In this document: piece after piece, positions 9,005-17,252 of the stretch | Position numbering within the stretch: position 1 is the first letter of the stretch | Layout of the letters: every line of letters starts with the position of its first letter | DNA from: a bacterium | Lineage (GTDB): Bacteria > Orphanbacterota > Orphanbacteria > Orphanbacterales > Orphanbacteraceae | DNA length: 64,000 nt | Reading direction: 5' to 3' | Assembly: GCA_025782575.1 (NCBI GenBank) | Contig: JALGYY010000009.1 | Span: 99,512 to 163,511, forward strand | Notes under the pieces: generated by a model | Seen by the model: the letters and a program-made list of their open reading frames with translations, nothing else | Database searches by the model: none | What the model was told of the DNA's origin: nothing | Position numbers and translations under genes: made by a program

Positions 9005-10210
9005 ATGCCCATGAACGAGCCGGAATTCTCCTGTCTGACCAACCAACAACTGATCAATTCAATCGAGAACTCAGCACGCGTGGAACGATCGATCTCAATT
9101 GAGATACTCGATCAGCTCGCCGAGATGGACCGTAGAAAAATTCATTTGGAACTCGGCTTCCGATCACTTCACAGCTACTGCGTCTCAAGGCTCCTCTACT
9201 CTGAATCGGCAGCAGGCAGGCGAATCTGCGCGGCACGGGCAATGGCGAAGTGTCCGGAGATTCGCGAGATGATTTCCAATGGCCGTCTGAACCTCAGCAC
9301 GGTATGTGTTCTTTCAAGCGTCTTGAATCAGGCGAACAGGTTCGATCTGCTGAAGCTATCATCAGGCAAGTCGTGGCGGGAAGTAGAGGCGATTGTCGGG
9401 CGACTGAAGCCTCGAAAGAAACTGCGTGAGCGGATCACTCCGGTGACGATCAAAGAACGTCCGGCGGAACAACCGAACCAGACAGAACCGGCTCGTCTTT
9501 TGATCCTGGATGATCATTCCGATCCGACCGAAGAGCGTACCAATTCGAACGGGTGCAAGAAAATTCACCTCCGCCGCGGAGGTAAAAAACCGACCACCTC
9601 GGCCCCACAAGAAAGCCCGGCCGAAGCTCGGCACGATCGATTCGAACTGCGATTCTCTGCGAATCAGGATGTGATGATGATGCTTGAGAAGGCAAGGAAG
9701 ATTGCGCCGGGAAGTTCGACTCTCGAATCCGTCTTCGGCAGAATGGTCCGCGAGTACCTCGAACGACACGATCCGGCGAAGAAACAGAAAAGAAGAGAGA
9801 AACGAAAAGAACTGGAAGCGAGGAAGGCGGAGAGCAAGAGGGCATCGACCGCGGTGTGCGAGCCGGTCAAGGCGGGTGTGGGGGAGAGCGGACCGCTGTT
9901 CGACGATCCGGGCCGTGTCGAAGAGCGTCGATCACGCCACATTCCGTCATATCTGCGTGATGAAATCGCTCTCCGTGACGGCTACCAATGCACTTTCATC
10001 GGACTTGACGGCACACGATGCGATGCCACCCGCCATCTTCAGATCGATCACATCACCCCGTTCGCCTTTGGCGGTGCCCACGAATCAGCTAACCTGCGTC
10101 TCCTCTGCGGACCCCACAACCAGCTGGAAGCAGAGAGGATGGGGCTCAGTCCATCGGATCGAACGGTCGAACAGTCGCTGCAGGTCATGAATGGTCCCCC
10201 TGGGTCATGA
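9005..10210 (+). CDS. HNH endonuclease with DUF222-like N-terminal domain
   Basis: C-terminal HNH nuclease motif (CTFIGLDGTRC...HLQIDHITPFAFGGAHESANLRLLCGPHN). The N-terminal region resembles the DUF222 domain commonly fused to HNH. GC content visibly lower than flanking genes. Confidence 0.8.
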   Translation: MPMNEPEFSCLTNQQLINSIENSARVERSISIEILDQLAEMDRRKIHLELGFRSLHSYCVSRLLYSESAAGRRICAARAMAKCPEIREMISNGRLNLSTVCVLSSVLNQANRFDLLKLSSGKSWREVEAIVGRLKPRKKLRERITPVTIKERPAEQPNQTEPARLLILDDHSDPTEERTNSNGCKKIHLRRGGKKPTTSAPQESPAEARHDRFELRFSANQDVMMMLEKARKIAPGSSTLESVFGRMVREYLERHDPAKKQKRREKRKELEARKAESKRASTAVCEPVKAGVGESGPLFDDPGRVEERRSRHIPSYLRDEIALRDGYQCTFIGLDGTRCDATRHLQIDHITPFAFGGAHESANLRLLCGPHNQLEAERMGLSPSDRTVEQSLQVMNGPPGS

Positions 10211-10339
10211 ACGGTCGTCACAAATCATGATTGGTAGCCCGGGGGCACAAGCTGTCACCTACTAGTCGTTGAATGAAAATGCTTACATGACAGAACAAGG
10301 CCATGTTCTGACAGCCAACAGAACCACAGGACAAAACGA

Positions 10340-10369
10340 AACGCCGGCCAACGAGCGCCGGCCGGCGTT
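10340..10369 (-). terminator. Rho-independent terminator candidate for the thioredoxin-TPR gene
   Basis: GC-rich perfect inverted repeat AACGCCGGCC...GGCCGGCGTT (10-bp stem). On the minus-strand transcript it is followed by CGUUUCGUUUUGU. Lies 24 nt downstream of the stop at 10393. Confidence 0.55.
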
Positions 10370-10392
10370 ACTTCACTCTCTTAACGTAGAGT

Positions 10393-11589
10393 CTATTTGG
10401 CGCTTGCGAGGAGCTCCTCGAAGCGTTCGAGCTGACTCTTGTAGTAGTCGCTTTCGGGATCCTCGGCGAGGGCGGCTCGAACGAGTTCGACCGCATCCTC
10501 ACAGGCTCCACGGGTGTTGCAGATTTCGGCGACAGTATCGAGAATCATCGCCTTTTCCTTGCCCGGTTCGGCAAGCTCCACACCCTTACGCGCCAACTGC
10601 TCCGCCTCTTCCAGATTGATGTTCTGCTCGAAACAGAACCAGGCGAAATTGTTCAGCTGACCCGGCTCATCCATCCAGCCTTCGGGCAGGTTGGCCCGCT
10701 TAATCTTCAGCGCCTTGTCTTTATCTTCTTCGATGTAGAGCGCCTGCTCGATCTCGAGATCGGCGCGCCACTTTCGGACATCCTCATCCTTCGTGTCTGC
10801 TGTTGCCGAAAGAGCCGCGTCGAGAAACCGTTCCTGAAGCTTCGGGTTCTCAGCGCGATGGGCGACACGTGACACGGTATAGGCTGTGAAAAGCAGCTCA
10901 ACCGGCCGCGTATTTTCAGAAGCGATCACAGCATCGGCGCTCGCCAGAAACTCATCGAACGAGTACTTGCCGGCACCGTAGGCGTCGGAAGCCGCATTGA
11001 AAATCTCATAGGCAAAGTCGACGCCGTTGTCATCATTCAATTTTTCAGCATTGCGGTAGTAATTCAGCGCCTCTTCATACTCTCCGGTCGCACCGGCCAC
11101 CCGGCCCAGAACAGCGGCATCCAGAGATGTGGCGTCAGCTTTGTAGCGCTCCGAACGGTTCTCGAGGGTGATGGGATCGGACAAACCCTGGCTCGCCGTT
11201 TCCATGAATGAGAAGGCATCGTTATAACCGACCCACCTGTCGATCAGGTCTCCCTCGGGGGTGACCATGACGAAGTTGGGATAGCTGTGTACATCGTATG
11301 TTTTTGCTACTTCCGGCCCTTCACCCTTCTCCGCATCGACTTTGAAGAAGACAGGCTGGGCAAGAAAACTTTTCAGTGAGGCATTTTCTTCCGCTACACG
11401 AGCGAAACGTTTACAGGATCCTCACCACTCTGTGTAGAAGTCGATCAGTACAGGGGCGTTTCGTTCAGCGGCCAACCGCTTGGCATCCTCGAATGATGCA
11501 GGGTTTTCCGCGAGGGCTCCTGTAGCGACGAAAAAGCAGGCGAATCCTGCCATTCCGGCTGCCAGGAGCTGTCTCGGCATTCCGATCAT
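10393..11589 (-). CDS. Candidate selenoprotein: secreted thioredoxin-fold / TPR-like (CnoX/YbbN-like) protein with in-frame TGA (Sec) in a UxxC redox motif
   Basis: ATG at 11589 preceded by AAGGAG at 7-nt spacing. Signal peptide MIGMPRQLLAAGMAGFACFFVATGALA. Thioredoxin motif VLIDFYTEW-[TGA]-GSCK, where the TGA (11422-11424) sits exactly at the first Cys of WCGxC. The frame continues unbroken into the 291-aa alpha-helical TPR-like domain that the ORF track lists from 11268. Confidence 0.6.
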
Positions 11590-11805
11590 CTTATTCTCCT
11601 TCCGGGAACGCTATCAATTTGACTCCGATATGTATGATAGCCGATTTCTGGCTCAGGGGCGAGCCTCACACTCTCTCACGCATTATACTGTAAAGAAGTC
11701 CACCTATGGTTCACTCACCAATGCGGCCATGATGCTCCCCATTTGAGTCGCTCCCCGACAATTCGAAGGTCCCGGAAGTCCTTTCTCGAATCCCAGGAGG
11801 GTCAA

Positions 11806-12243
11806 ATGCCATCGAATATGCTACGAGCGCTCCTGTTCGTTGCCGTTACACTTCCAGTTCTTACGCCAGACCCGGTCTCTGCCGCCGATACGACCGTGGT
11901 CAATCAGGTCGGCTTCACATTCCAGCCGTCCGTCGTGACGATTCAGGTGGGGGATGCCGTCCGATGGGTGCGAGCGTCAGGAATCCACACCATTACGAGC
12001 GGAACCGGATTCGCTGATCCCAACGTCGCGTTCTTCTTCGATGAGCCGTTTGACTTCGTTGATCCAGAATTCATCTACACCTTTGAGGATACGGCCGGAA
12101 CCTATCCCTATTTCTGCCGCCCTCACGAGGTTCTGGGCATGAAGGGAACGGTGATCGTCGAAAAGACGGATGTGGGTGTGCCGCTCAGCAGCCGATTCGA
12201 GAGAATCGAATGGGGTGCGCTGAAAAAGATCTTTGCAGAGTAG
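11806..12243 (+). CDS. Cupredoxin (plastocyanin/pseudoazurin-like blue copper protein)
   Basis: Start MPSNM preceded by CAGGAGGG, followed by a signal peptide. Type-1 copper ligand pattern near the C-terminus: H (GIHTITSG) ... YPYFCRPHEVLGMKG (Cys, His, Met). Confidence 0.75.
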   Translation: MPSNMLRALLFVAVTLPVLTPDPVSAADTTVVNQVGFTFQPSVVTIQVGDAVRWVRASGIHTITSGTGFADPNVAFFFDEPFDFVDPEFIYTFEDTAGTYPYFCRPHEVLGMKGTVIVEKTDVGVPLSSRFERIEWGALKKIFAE

Positions 12244-12354
12244 CGAAGGTCGAGGAGGGCCATCTTCCCCCTGTCTTCATATTCCATGACTGGAATCGTG
12301 TATTTTCCTGAGCAGAATCTCATACTTCTCTATCATCGGAGTCCTGTGCTCCGC

Positions 12355-12392
12355 ATCTCTTGCCGACCTGTGCGATCGATATAATCTCAGTG
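12355..12392 (+). promoter_or_regulatory. Possible sigma70-type promoter for the repeat lipoprotein gene
   Basis: Perfect TATAAT at 12380-12385. The upstream TTGCCG sits at suboptimal 14-nt spacing. AAGGAG RBS lies 8 nt before the ATG at 12432. Confidence 0.3.
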
Positions 12393-12431
12393 ATTGGATG
12401 TACCATTGACCAGACCCGAAAGGAGTGCTTG

Positions 12432-14276
12432 ATGTACCGACCCGGATGGCTAGGCAAGACCCCGTTTCCAATGGTTCTCGTTCTCGCGTCCCTCTTCGTC
12501 GTGGGATGTGGGGACGACGATCCGACCGGACCGGGGGACGGGGGGGGCGATGGGAATGGCGAAATCGCCACCCGTGATCTTTCGTTCACCATGGGTGGGA
12601 TGGATCCCCATGTGGGGCAACTCCTCGAGATTCGTATCGTAGGCACGGAAGATGGAAAAGTGACCCACGGAAACGAGATGGAAGCCCGCTTCATTCTCGA
12701 CCCCCTTCCTTCGGCCGAATATGTGATCGAGGTTCCCGACGGAGTTTCGGAAGGTCGTCACAATCTAGATTTCACGGCTGACCTGAATGGAAACGGAAGC
12801 TACGATCCGCCCCCGGCCGATCACGCCTGGCGGATCTCTCTCGCCGAGAGCGGGGACCTGACTCCGGAGTTCGCCCATAACGTCGACTTCGTGGACATCG
12901 AAAGTCCGTTACCCGGACAGGCGGGTGATTTCATCATGAATCTGACCGGCATGGATCCGCATGTGGGTCAGCTCTTTGAACTCCGCGTGATGAACACCGG
13001 AACAGGACAGACAGTCGGCCAGTATCGGCTCGGCGCGATCCCCCAGGCCGGCTTCTCTATCATGATCCCGGGGATCATCGAGGACGGGGAAAGTTACCAG
13101 GTCGATTACTACGCCGATCTGAACGGCAGTGGAGGCTACAGTGCGCCGCCGAGCGACCATGCCTGGCGTGATGAGTCCACGGGAGATGCCGGAGGGCTCA
13201 CCATCGACTTTGCTCACAACGTAGACTTCACCGATATCGGTTTTGCAAGCAGTGGCGGCGAGATCGCCCCTGAACCGCTGGTGCTCAGGGATCTCTCGTT
13301 TACACTCATGGGGATGGACCCACATGTGGGGCAGCACCTCGATATCCGGATCGTGGGAGCAGAGGACGGACTCCGAAGCCGCATCATCCTCTATCCACTC
13401 CCCTCGGCCGGGTTTGTCGTAAACGTGCCGAATGGTGTTGCCGAAGGCGCTCACAATCTCGACTTCACGGCTGATCTGAATGGAAACGGAACCTACGATC
13501 CGCCCCCGGTTGATCATGCCTGGCGGATTGCTCTCGCCGAAAACGGCGACCTGACTCCGGAGTTCGCCCATAACGTCAACTTCGTCGATATCGAGAATCC
13601 ACTGCCCATGCAGGCGGGTGACTTCACCATGAATCTGACCGGCATGGATCCTCATGTCGGCCAGCTCTTCGAGCTTCGTGTGATGAACACCGGTACCGGC
13701 CAGACTGTCGGACAGTATCGGCACGAAGCGATCGTGCAGGCGAACTTTTCCTTTGTGATTCCGGGAATCATTGAGAACGGGGAAAACTATCGCGTCGACT
13801 ACTACGCCGATCTGAATGGCAGCGGAGGCTACGATGCGCCGCCGAGCGATCATGCCTGGCGGGAAGACCTTACGGGAGGGTCGGACGGACTCACCATCGA
13901 TTTCGCCCATAACGTGAATTTCACCGATATCGATTTTGTGAGTAGCGGTGGGGTAATCGAAGAAGATCCGGGGGTTACATTCACTCAGATCCAGAATGAG
14001 ATCCTGACGCCGAGCTGTGTGAACGCGTTCTGCCATCCCGGTGGAGGGGCGCCGATGTCCCTCGCTCCAGGTGCTGCCTGGGGGAACCTCGTCGACGTGG
14101 CCTCCGGCTGGGGAATGGATCGTGTGGAGCCGGGCGATGCCGACAACAGTGCCCTCTATCTCAAGGTGATCGGGACGAGCATCGGATCGAGGATGCCCCT
14201 CGGTCGACCGGCTATCTCATCGGACCAGGCGGAGATGATCCGGGCCTGGATCGAAGCGGGAGCTCTCGACAACTGA
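12432..14276 (+). CDS. Lipoprotein with four about 115-aa repeat modules (two about 230-aa tandem units) and a C-terminal Planctomycete-type cytochrome-c-like (PSCyt1-like) domain
   Basis: Lipobox LFVVGC after MYRPGWLGKTPFPMVLVLAS. Repeated MDPHVGQ...DFTADLNGNGSYDPPP.DHAWR modules. C-terminal SCVNAFCHPGG...SALYLKV...MPLGRPAISSDQAEMIRAWIEAGA matches the PSCyt1 domain outline but carries CX4CH rather than CxxCH. Confidence 0.7.
   Translation: MYRPGWLGKTPFPMVLVLASLFVVGCGDDDPTGPGDGGGDGNGEIATRDLSFTMGGMDPHVGQLLEIRIVGTEDGKVTHGNEMEARFILDPLPSAEYVIEVPDGVSEGRHNLDFTADLNGNGSYDPPPADHAWRISLAESGDLTPEFAHNVDFVDIESPLPGQAGDFIMNLTGMDPHVGQLFELRVMNTGTGQTVGQYRLGAIPQAGFSIMIPGIIEDGESYQVDYYADLNGSGGYSAPPSDHAWRDESTGDAGGLTIDFAHNVDFTDIGFASSGGEIAPEPLVLRDLSFTLMGMDPHVGQHLDIRIVGAEDGLRSRIILYPLPSAGFVVNVPNGVAEGAHNLDFTADLNGNGTYDPPPVDHAWRIALAENGDLTPEFAHNVNFVDIENPLPMQAGDFTMNLTGMDPHVGQLFELRVMNTGTGQTVGQYRHEAIVQANFSFVIPGIIENGENYRVDYYADLNGSGGYDAPPSDHAWREDLTGGSDGLTIDFAHNVNFTDIDFVSSGGVIEEDPGVTFTQIQNEILTPSCVNAFCHPGGGAPMSLAPGAAWGNLVDVASGWGMDRVEPGDADNSALYLKVIGTSIGSRMPLGRPAISSDQAEMIRAWIEAGALDN
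12560..13965. repeat. Intragenic tandem duplication (two units of about 700 bp, about 85-90% nt identity)
   Basis: For example 12770-13030 versus 13470-13730 are near-identical at the DNA level (gacttcacggctga[c/t]ctgaatggaaacggaa...). Boundaries are approximate. Confidence 0.75.
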
Positions 14277-14302
14277 TTCGACCCAGGATCAAGGGAACAA
14301 AG

Positions 14303-14339
14303 CAGGAAGCCCGGGGAAATGACTTCTCCGGGCTTCCTG
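14303..14339 (-). terminator. Hairpin terminator between convergent genes
   Basis: Perfect 12-bp inverted repeat CAGGAAGCCCGG / CCGGGCTTCCTG with a 13-nt loop. On the minus strand it is followed by a T-rich tract (CTTTGTTCCCTT). Probably terminates the 14374..15306 gene; no U-tract on the plus side. Confidence 0.5.
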
Positions 14340-14373
14340 GTGAACCGCTGTTCGTCCCCCTGGAACAAAGCCT

Positions 14374-15306
14374 TCAGTCGACCAGGCCAAGCTCCTCCAG
14401 GTAACTCTCCTCACCGTTCTGATGGAGCTTCCAGTAAGGGAGGCGGGTCGTTCCGGTCAACTCACCTGAAACGTCAGGATCGAGCTCCCAGCGGATGATG
14501 CGATGGGGGTAAGGCTCTTCGATCCAGAACTTTCCTTCCCGGCCACCGGCGATCTTCAGCTCGTACACGATCGTCTCATACGAGCCGGCCGGCACGCTGA
14601 TATTCTCAGTCTTCTTCTTTCGAGTTATCTCAGCTGTGGTCCAGTCAGGAGGAACATGGCGAAGCCTGCTGAAAAACGTTCCGGGGAGATAGGCCGATTT
14701 TTTCATTTCTCCCGGCTTCAGAAAGTCGCCCTTCAGCCCTCGAAGCAGCGTGAACAGGTTGTCCTCCACTATTCCGCCGGATGGCGACTTCAATTTTCGG
14801 TTTCCCGATTCCCCCTGGAAATAACTGTGCAGTCTGTTTTCGATTACGTTGCCGCGAAAAATGAACTCATTGTAGACATGGCCGCACCACTCGGCGCTTG
14901 TAAACGTCACTTTGACAGGTGAGAAGTCATCGGTCCGGGCGAATACGGATACCATTGTGTTGTAGTCGTAAATACCGGTCTGGAAATCACGAATCATGTT
15001 CAGTTTGAAGGCTTCAAAAACATCGCCCCCCCAGCCGTCCACTTGGTCTACTTTGACCCGATTCTTTTCGCTGAACGGTTCGGTGACGAAAATCATGACG
15101 CAACTCCCATCCCGATTCTCCCCGTAACGGGAAACGGTCAGATCATAGCCGTTCAGCTCGGCTTTGCCGTCGTGCCAGTAAGATTCGAACGTGCTGCCCA
15201 CAGCTTCCGGGACGGTCATGAGCAGGATCGCAAGTGCGACACCGGGTAGAATGCGGGGCCATCGACAGGTCCGATTCATAGTGATTCTCCAGGGGATCTG
15301 ATTCAT
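14374..15306 (-). CDS. Hypothetical secreted protein, last gene of the oxidase cluster
   Basis: 310-aa ORF with N-terminal signal peptide; no family recognised. Co-directional with and 4 bp downstream of the cox3-like gene. Confidence 0.5.
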   Translation of the reverse strand: MNQIPWRITMNRTCRWPRILPGVALAILLMTVPEAVGSTFESYWHDGKAELNGYDLTVSRYGENRDGSCVMIFVTEPFSEKNRVKVDQVDGWGGDVFEAFKLNMIRDFQTGIYDYNTMVSVFARTDDFSPVKVTFTSAEWCGHVYNEFIFRGNVIENRLHSYFQGESGNRKLKSPSGGIVEDNLFTLLRGLKGDFLKPGEMKKSAYLPGTFFSRLRHVPPDWTTAEITRKKKTENISVPAGSYETIVYELKIAGGREGKFWIEEPYPHRIIRWELDPDVSGELTGTTRLPYWKLHQNGEESYLEELGLVD

Positions 15307-15310
15307 TGAC

Positions 15311-15970
15311 TCAGAAGTAAGGGATCGATTGGATACTGTTCATTACTATGCCCGGATCGAGCGGCGCGCCAGTCCCCCCGCGGCTCCCGAGTACCAGCAT
15401 CGTAAAGATGACGATCCACATTCCTGTCAGGAAATGCCAGTACATCGAGCAGTAGACCACCCCCGGGTGATATTCGCTGTCATAGCGTCCGGCATAAGCC
15501 CGGCGCGTCACGAAGGCGAGAGGAAGGATGCCGCCGATCACATGAAGGGCGTGAAGGCCGGTCAGCATGTAGAAGGTGAAACCGAAGAGCTGGTCGCTGG
15601 TGGCGATACTGGTGCCGATAAGATCGTACCAGTTCCAGGTCTGAGCGGCGAGGAAGAGCGTGCCCAATATGGTCGTCAACAGCATGCCGACTCTAAGCTG
15701 TCTCTGATTGTCCGTTTTCGCTCCGATGTATGCCATGTGCATGGCGATACTGCTTACGACGATCAATGCCGTACTGAACCAGAGGCCGTTCGAGTAGAGC
15801 CTGAGGCCGGCCGGGGGCCACTCGGGCGCCCGTGAACGGATGATCAGATAGCCGATGATGCTCGCACCGAAGAGCATGGTGAGCGCCGCAAGAAAGATGA
15901 ACATGCCGAACTTGCCGGCGTTCGGCACGGACTGGTACCGCGAGTCGTACTCTAGTGCCCGGTCAGGCAT
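15311..15970 (-). CDS. Cytochrome c oxidase subunit III-like paralogue (heme-copper oxidase subunit III family)
   Basis: Five TM helices with the subunit-III signature FYMLTGLHALHVIGGI. Probable start MPDRALEY; the ORF-track N-terminal extension overlaps coxIV. Confidence 0.7.
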   Translation of the reverse strand: MPDRALEYDSRYQSVPNAGKFGMFIFLAALTMLFGASIIGYLIIRSRAPEWPPAGLRLYSNGLWFSTALIVVSSIAMHMAYIGAKTDNQRQLRVGMLLTTILGTLFLAAQTWNWYDLIGTSIATSDQLFGFTFYMLTGLHALHVIGGILPLAFVTRRAYAGRYDSEYHPGVVYCSMYWHFLTGMWIVIFTMLVLGSRGGTGAPLDPGIVMNSIQSIPYF

Positions 15971-15980
15971 GAAGGACCGC

Positions 15981-16331
15981 CTATCTCTGGACAGCCGGGG
16001 CAGGTCCAGGAATGATATCCGACTGGTAGGAGCCGGAATCCATGAGCGCGATGCCGAGGAAGAGCAGGACAAAAAGGAGCGAGCCGAACAGCACGAGGGC
16101 GTTGAACGGCCGGTCCCAGAGTAAATGCATGAAAACAGCGGCGACGAGAGTTGCTTTGGTTCCCGCTATGATGAGAGCGAGCCAGATGTTAAACGGTCCG
16201 AGATCGACCCTTGCCGAGAGTACGGTAAGTATGGTCAACGCAATCAGGGCGACGAAGACCCCCACCAGCAGCCAGATAGGGAGGATGTGGCCGACTCCGT
16301 GGTGTTTCTCCGAGCTATGAGCGGATGCCAT
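15981..16331 (-). CDS. Cytochrome c oxidase subunit IV (prokaryotic caa3-type, CtaF-like)
   Basis: 116 aa, three TM helices. Position and size are typical of COX4_pro immediately after subunit III. Confidence 0.65.
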   Translation of the reverse strand: MASAHSSEKHHGVGHILPIWLLVGVFVALIALTILTVLSARVDLGPFNIWLALIIAGTKATLVAAVFMHLLWDRPFNALVLFGSLLFVLLFLGIALMDSGSYQSDIIPGPAPAVQR

Positions 16332-16340
16332 GATTATCTC

Positions 16341-17252
16341 CTACGAGATCAAATATAAGAGAGGGAACAGGAAAATCCAAATGAGGTCGACCAGATGCCA
16401 GTAAAGGGCGCCGAGATCGATCGGTGTAAAATACTCGGGAGAAAAGTGACCCCGGGCGGTGCGTATGAGGAGCCAGGTCAACATGATCATGCCGGCCAGG
16501 ACGTGAATCCCATGGAGTCCGGTCATGCCGAAGTAGATGCCGAAGAAGATATGCACGTTGTCGGGCGCCACTTCCGCGTGCTCGCCCGCTACCTCGTCCT
16601 TCGATACTTCCGGTGCCAGGCCGAGCGGCCCGATCGCGGCGGTTGCCAGCTTCGTTCGTTCATCTTCCGGAATGATGATCTGTCCGGGTGTCAGATTAGC
16701 TTCTTCATGCACGACAACAGCCGTTCCGTCGATTCCGTGTTCGACTTCTCCCGCATCCTGGTGCACCACCTCGATCTCCGGCGGCTCACCGTGTCCGCCC
16801 GTCTCAACATGCTGCTCCGGGACGTACCTGGTCCCCCAGAGGAGGCCATGCTTCCACTTATGGGAATACTCGATGTACTTGATGCTCATGAACCCGAACC
16901 CGCAGAGAATCGTAATCGCGAGAAGCGCCATGGTGAGGCGCTGCTGTCCGAGCTGGGATGCCCGAACCGCCCACGCCACTGTCAAAGAGCTGAAGAGAAG
17001 GACGCAGGTATTCAACGCACCCATGTTGGGATCGAGAAACTGATGGGCGTAAACGAATATCTCAGGATGGTTGGAACGGTAGACCGTGTATGCACAGAAG
17101 AGCCCGGCAAAGAGCAGGACTTCGGTGGCGAGGAACAGCCACATCCCCATCTTGCCCGCGGCAAACTGCTGTTCTGCCGTGTCGAAGTGGTGCTGGAGCC
17201 ACGAAGGATGCTCGGCGTGGCCCGACGTGCCCTGAGAGTATTTTCTCGCCAT
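16341..17252 (-). CDS. ctaE: Cytochrome c oxidase subunit III
   Basis: Subunit-III family motifs ([15 protein letters not shown]...; [18 protein letters not shown]). Carries an inserted acidic hydrophilic loop of about 90 aa. Confidence 0.8.
   Translation of the reverse strand: MARKYSQGTSGHAEHPSWLQHHFDTAEQQFAAGKMGMWLFLATEVLLFAGLFCAYTVYRSNHPEIFVYAHQFLDPNMGALNTCVLLFSSLTVAWAVRASQLGQQRLTMALLAITILCGFGFMSIKYIEYSHKWKHGLLWGTRYVPEQHVETGGHGEPPEIEVVHQDAGEVEHGIDGTAVVVHEEANLTPGQIIIPEDERTKLATAAIGPLGLAPEVSKDEVAGEHAEVAPDNVHIFFGIYFGMTGLHGIHVLAGMIMLTWLLIRTARGHFSPEYFTPIDLGALYWHLVDLIWIFLFPLLYLIS

Noticed and set aside
11269-11421. Possibility that the region upstream of the 10393..11268 ORF is a separate small thioredoxin ORF or a pseudogene fragment ending at TGA
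   Set aside because: The TGA falls exactly at the catalytic Cys of a WCGxC motif and the frame is continuous with a strong RBS. A stop or pseudogene at that precise column is much less parsimonious than Sec. The possibility is kept as the refutation condition in the finding.
12560-13965. Considered whether the regularly spaced repeats could be a CRISPR array
   Set aside because: The repeat units are about 350-700 bp and protein-coding. They are not 25-40-bp direct repeats with unique spacers. No cas genes are nearby.
12909-14036. 375-aa ORF on the minus strand overlapping the repeat lipoprotein gene
   Set aside because: It lies entirely antisense to a well-supported plus-strand gene that has an RBS, a lipobox and domain matches. 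It has no recognisable domains and its His/Arg-rich composition is typical of the reverse frame of a high-GC repeat gene.
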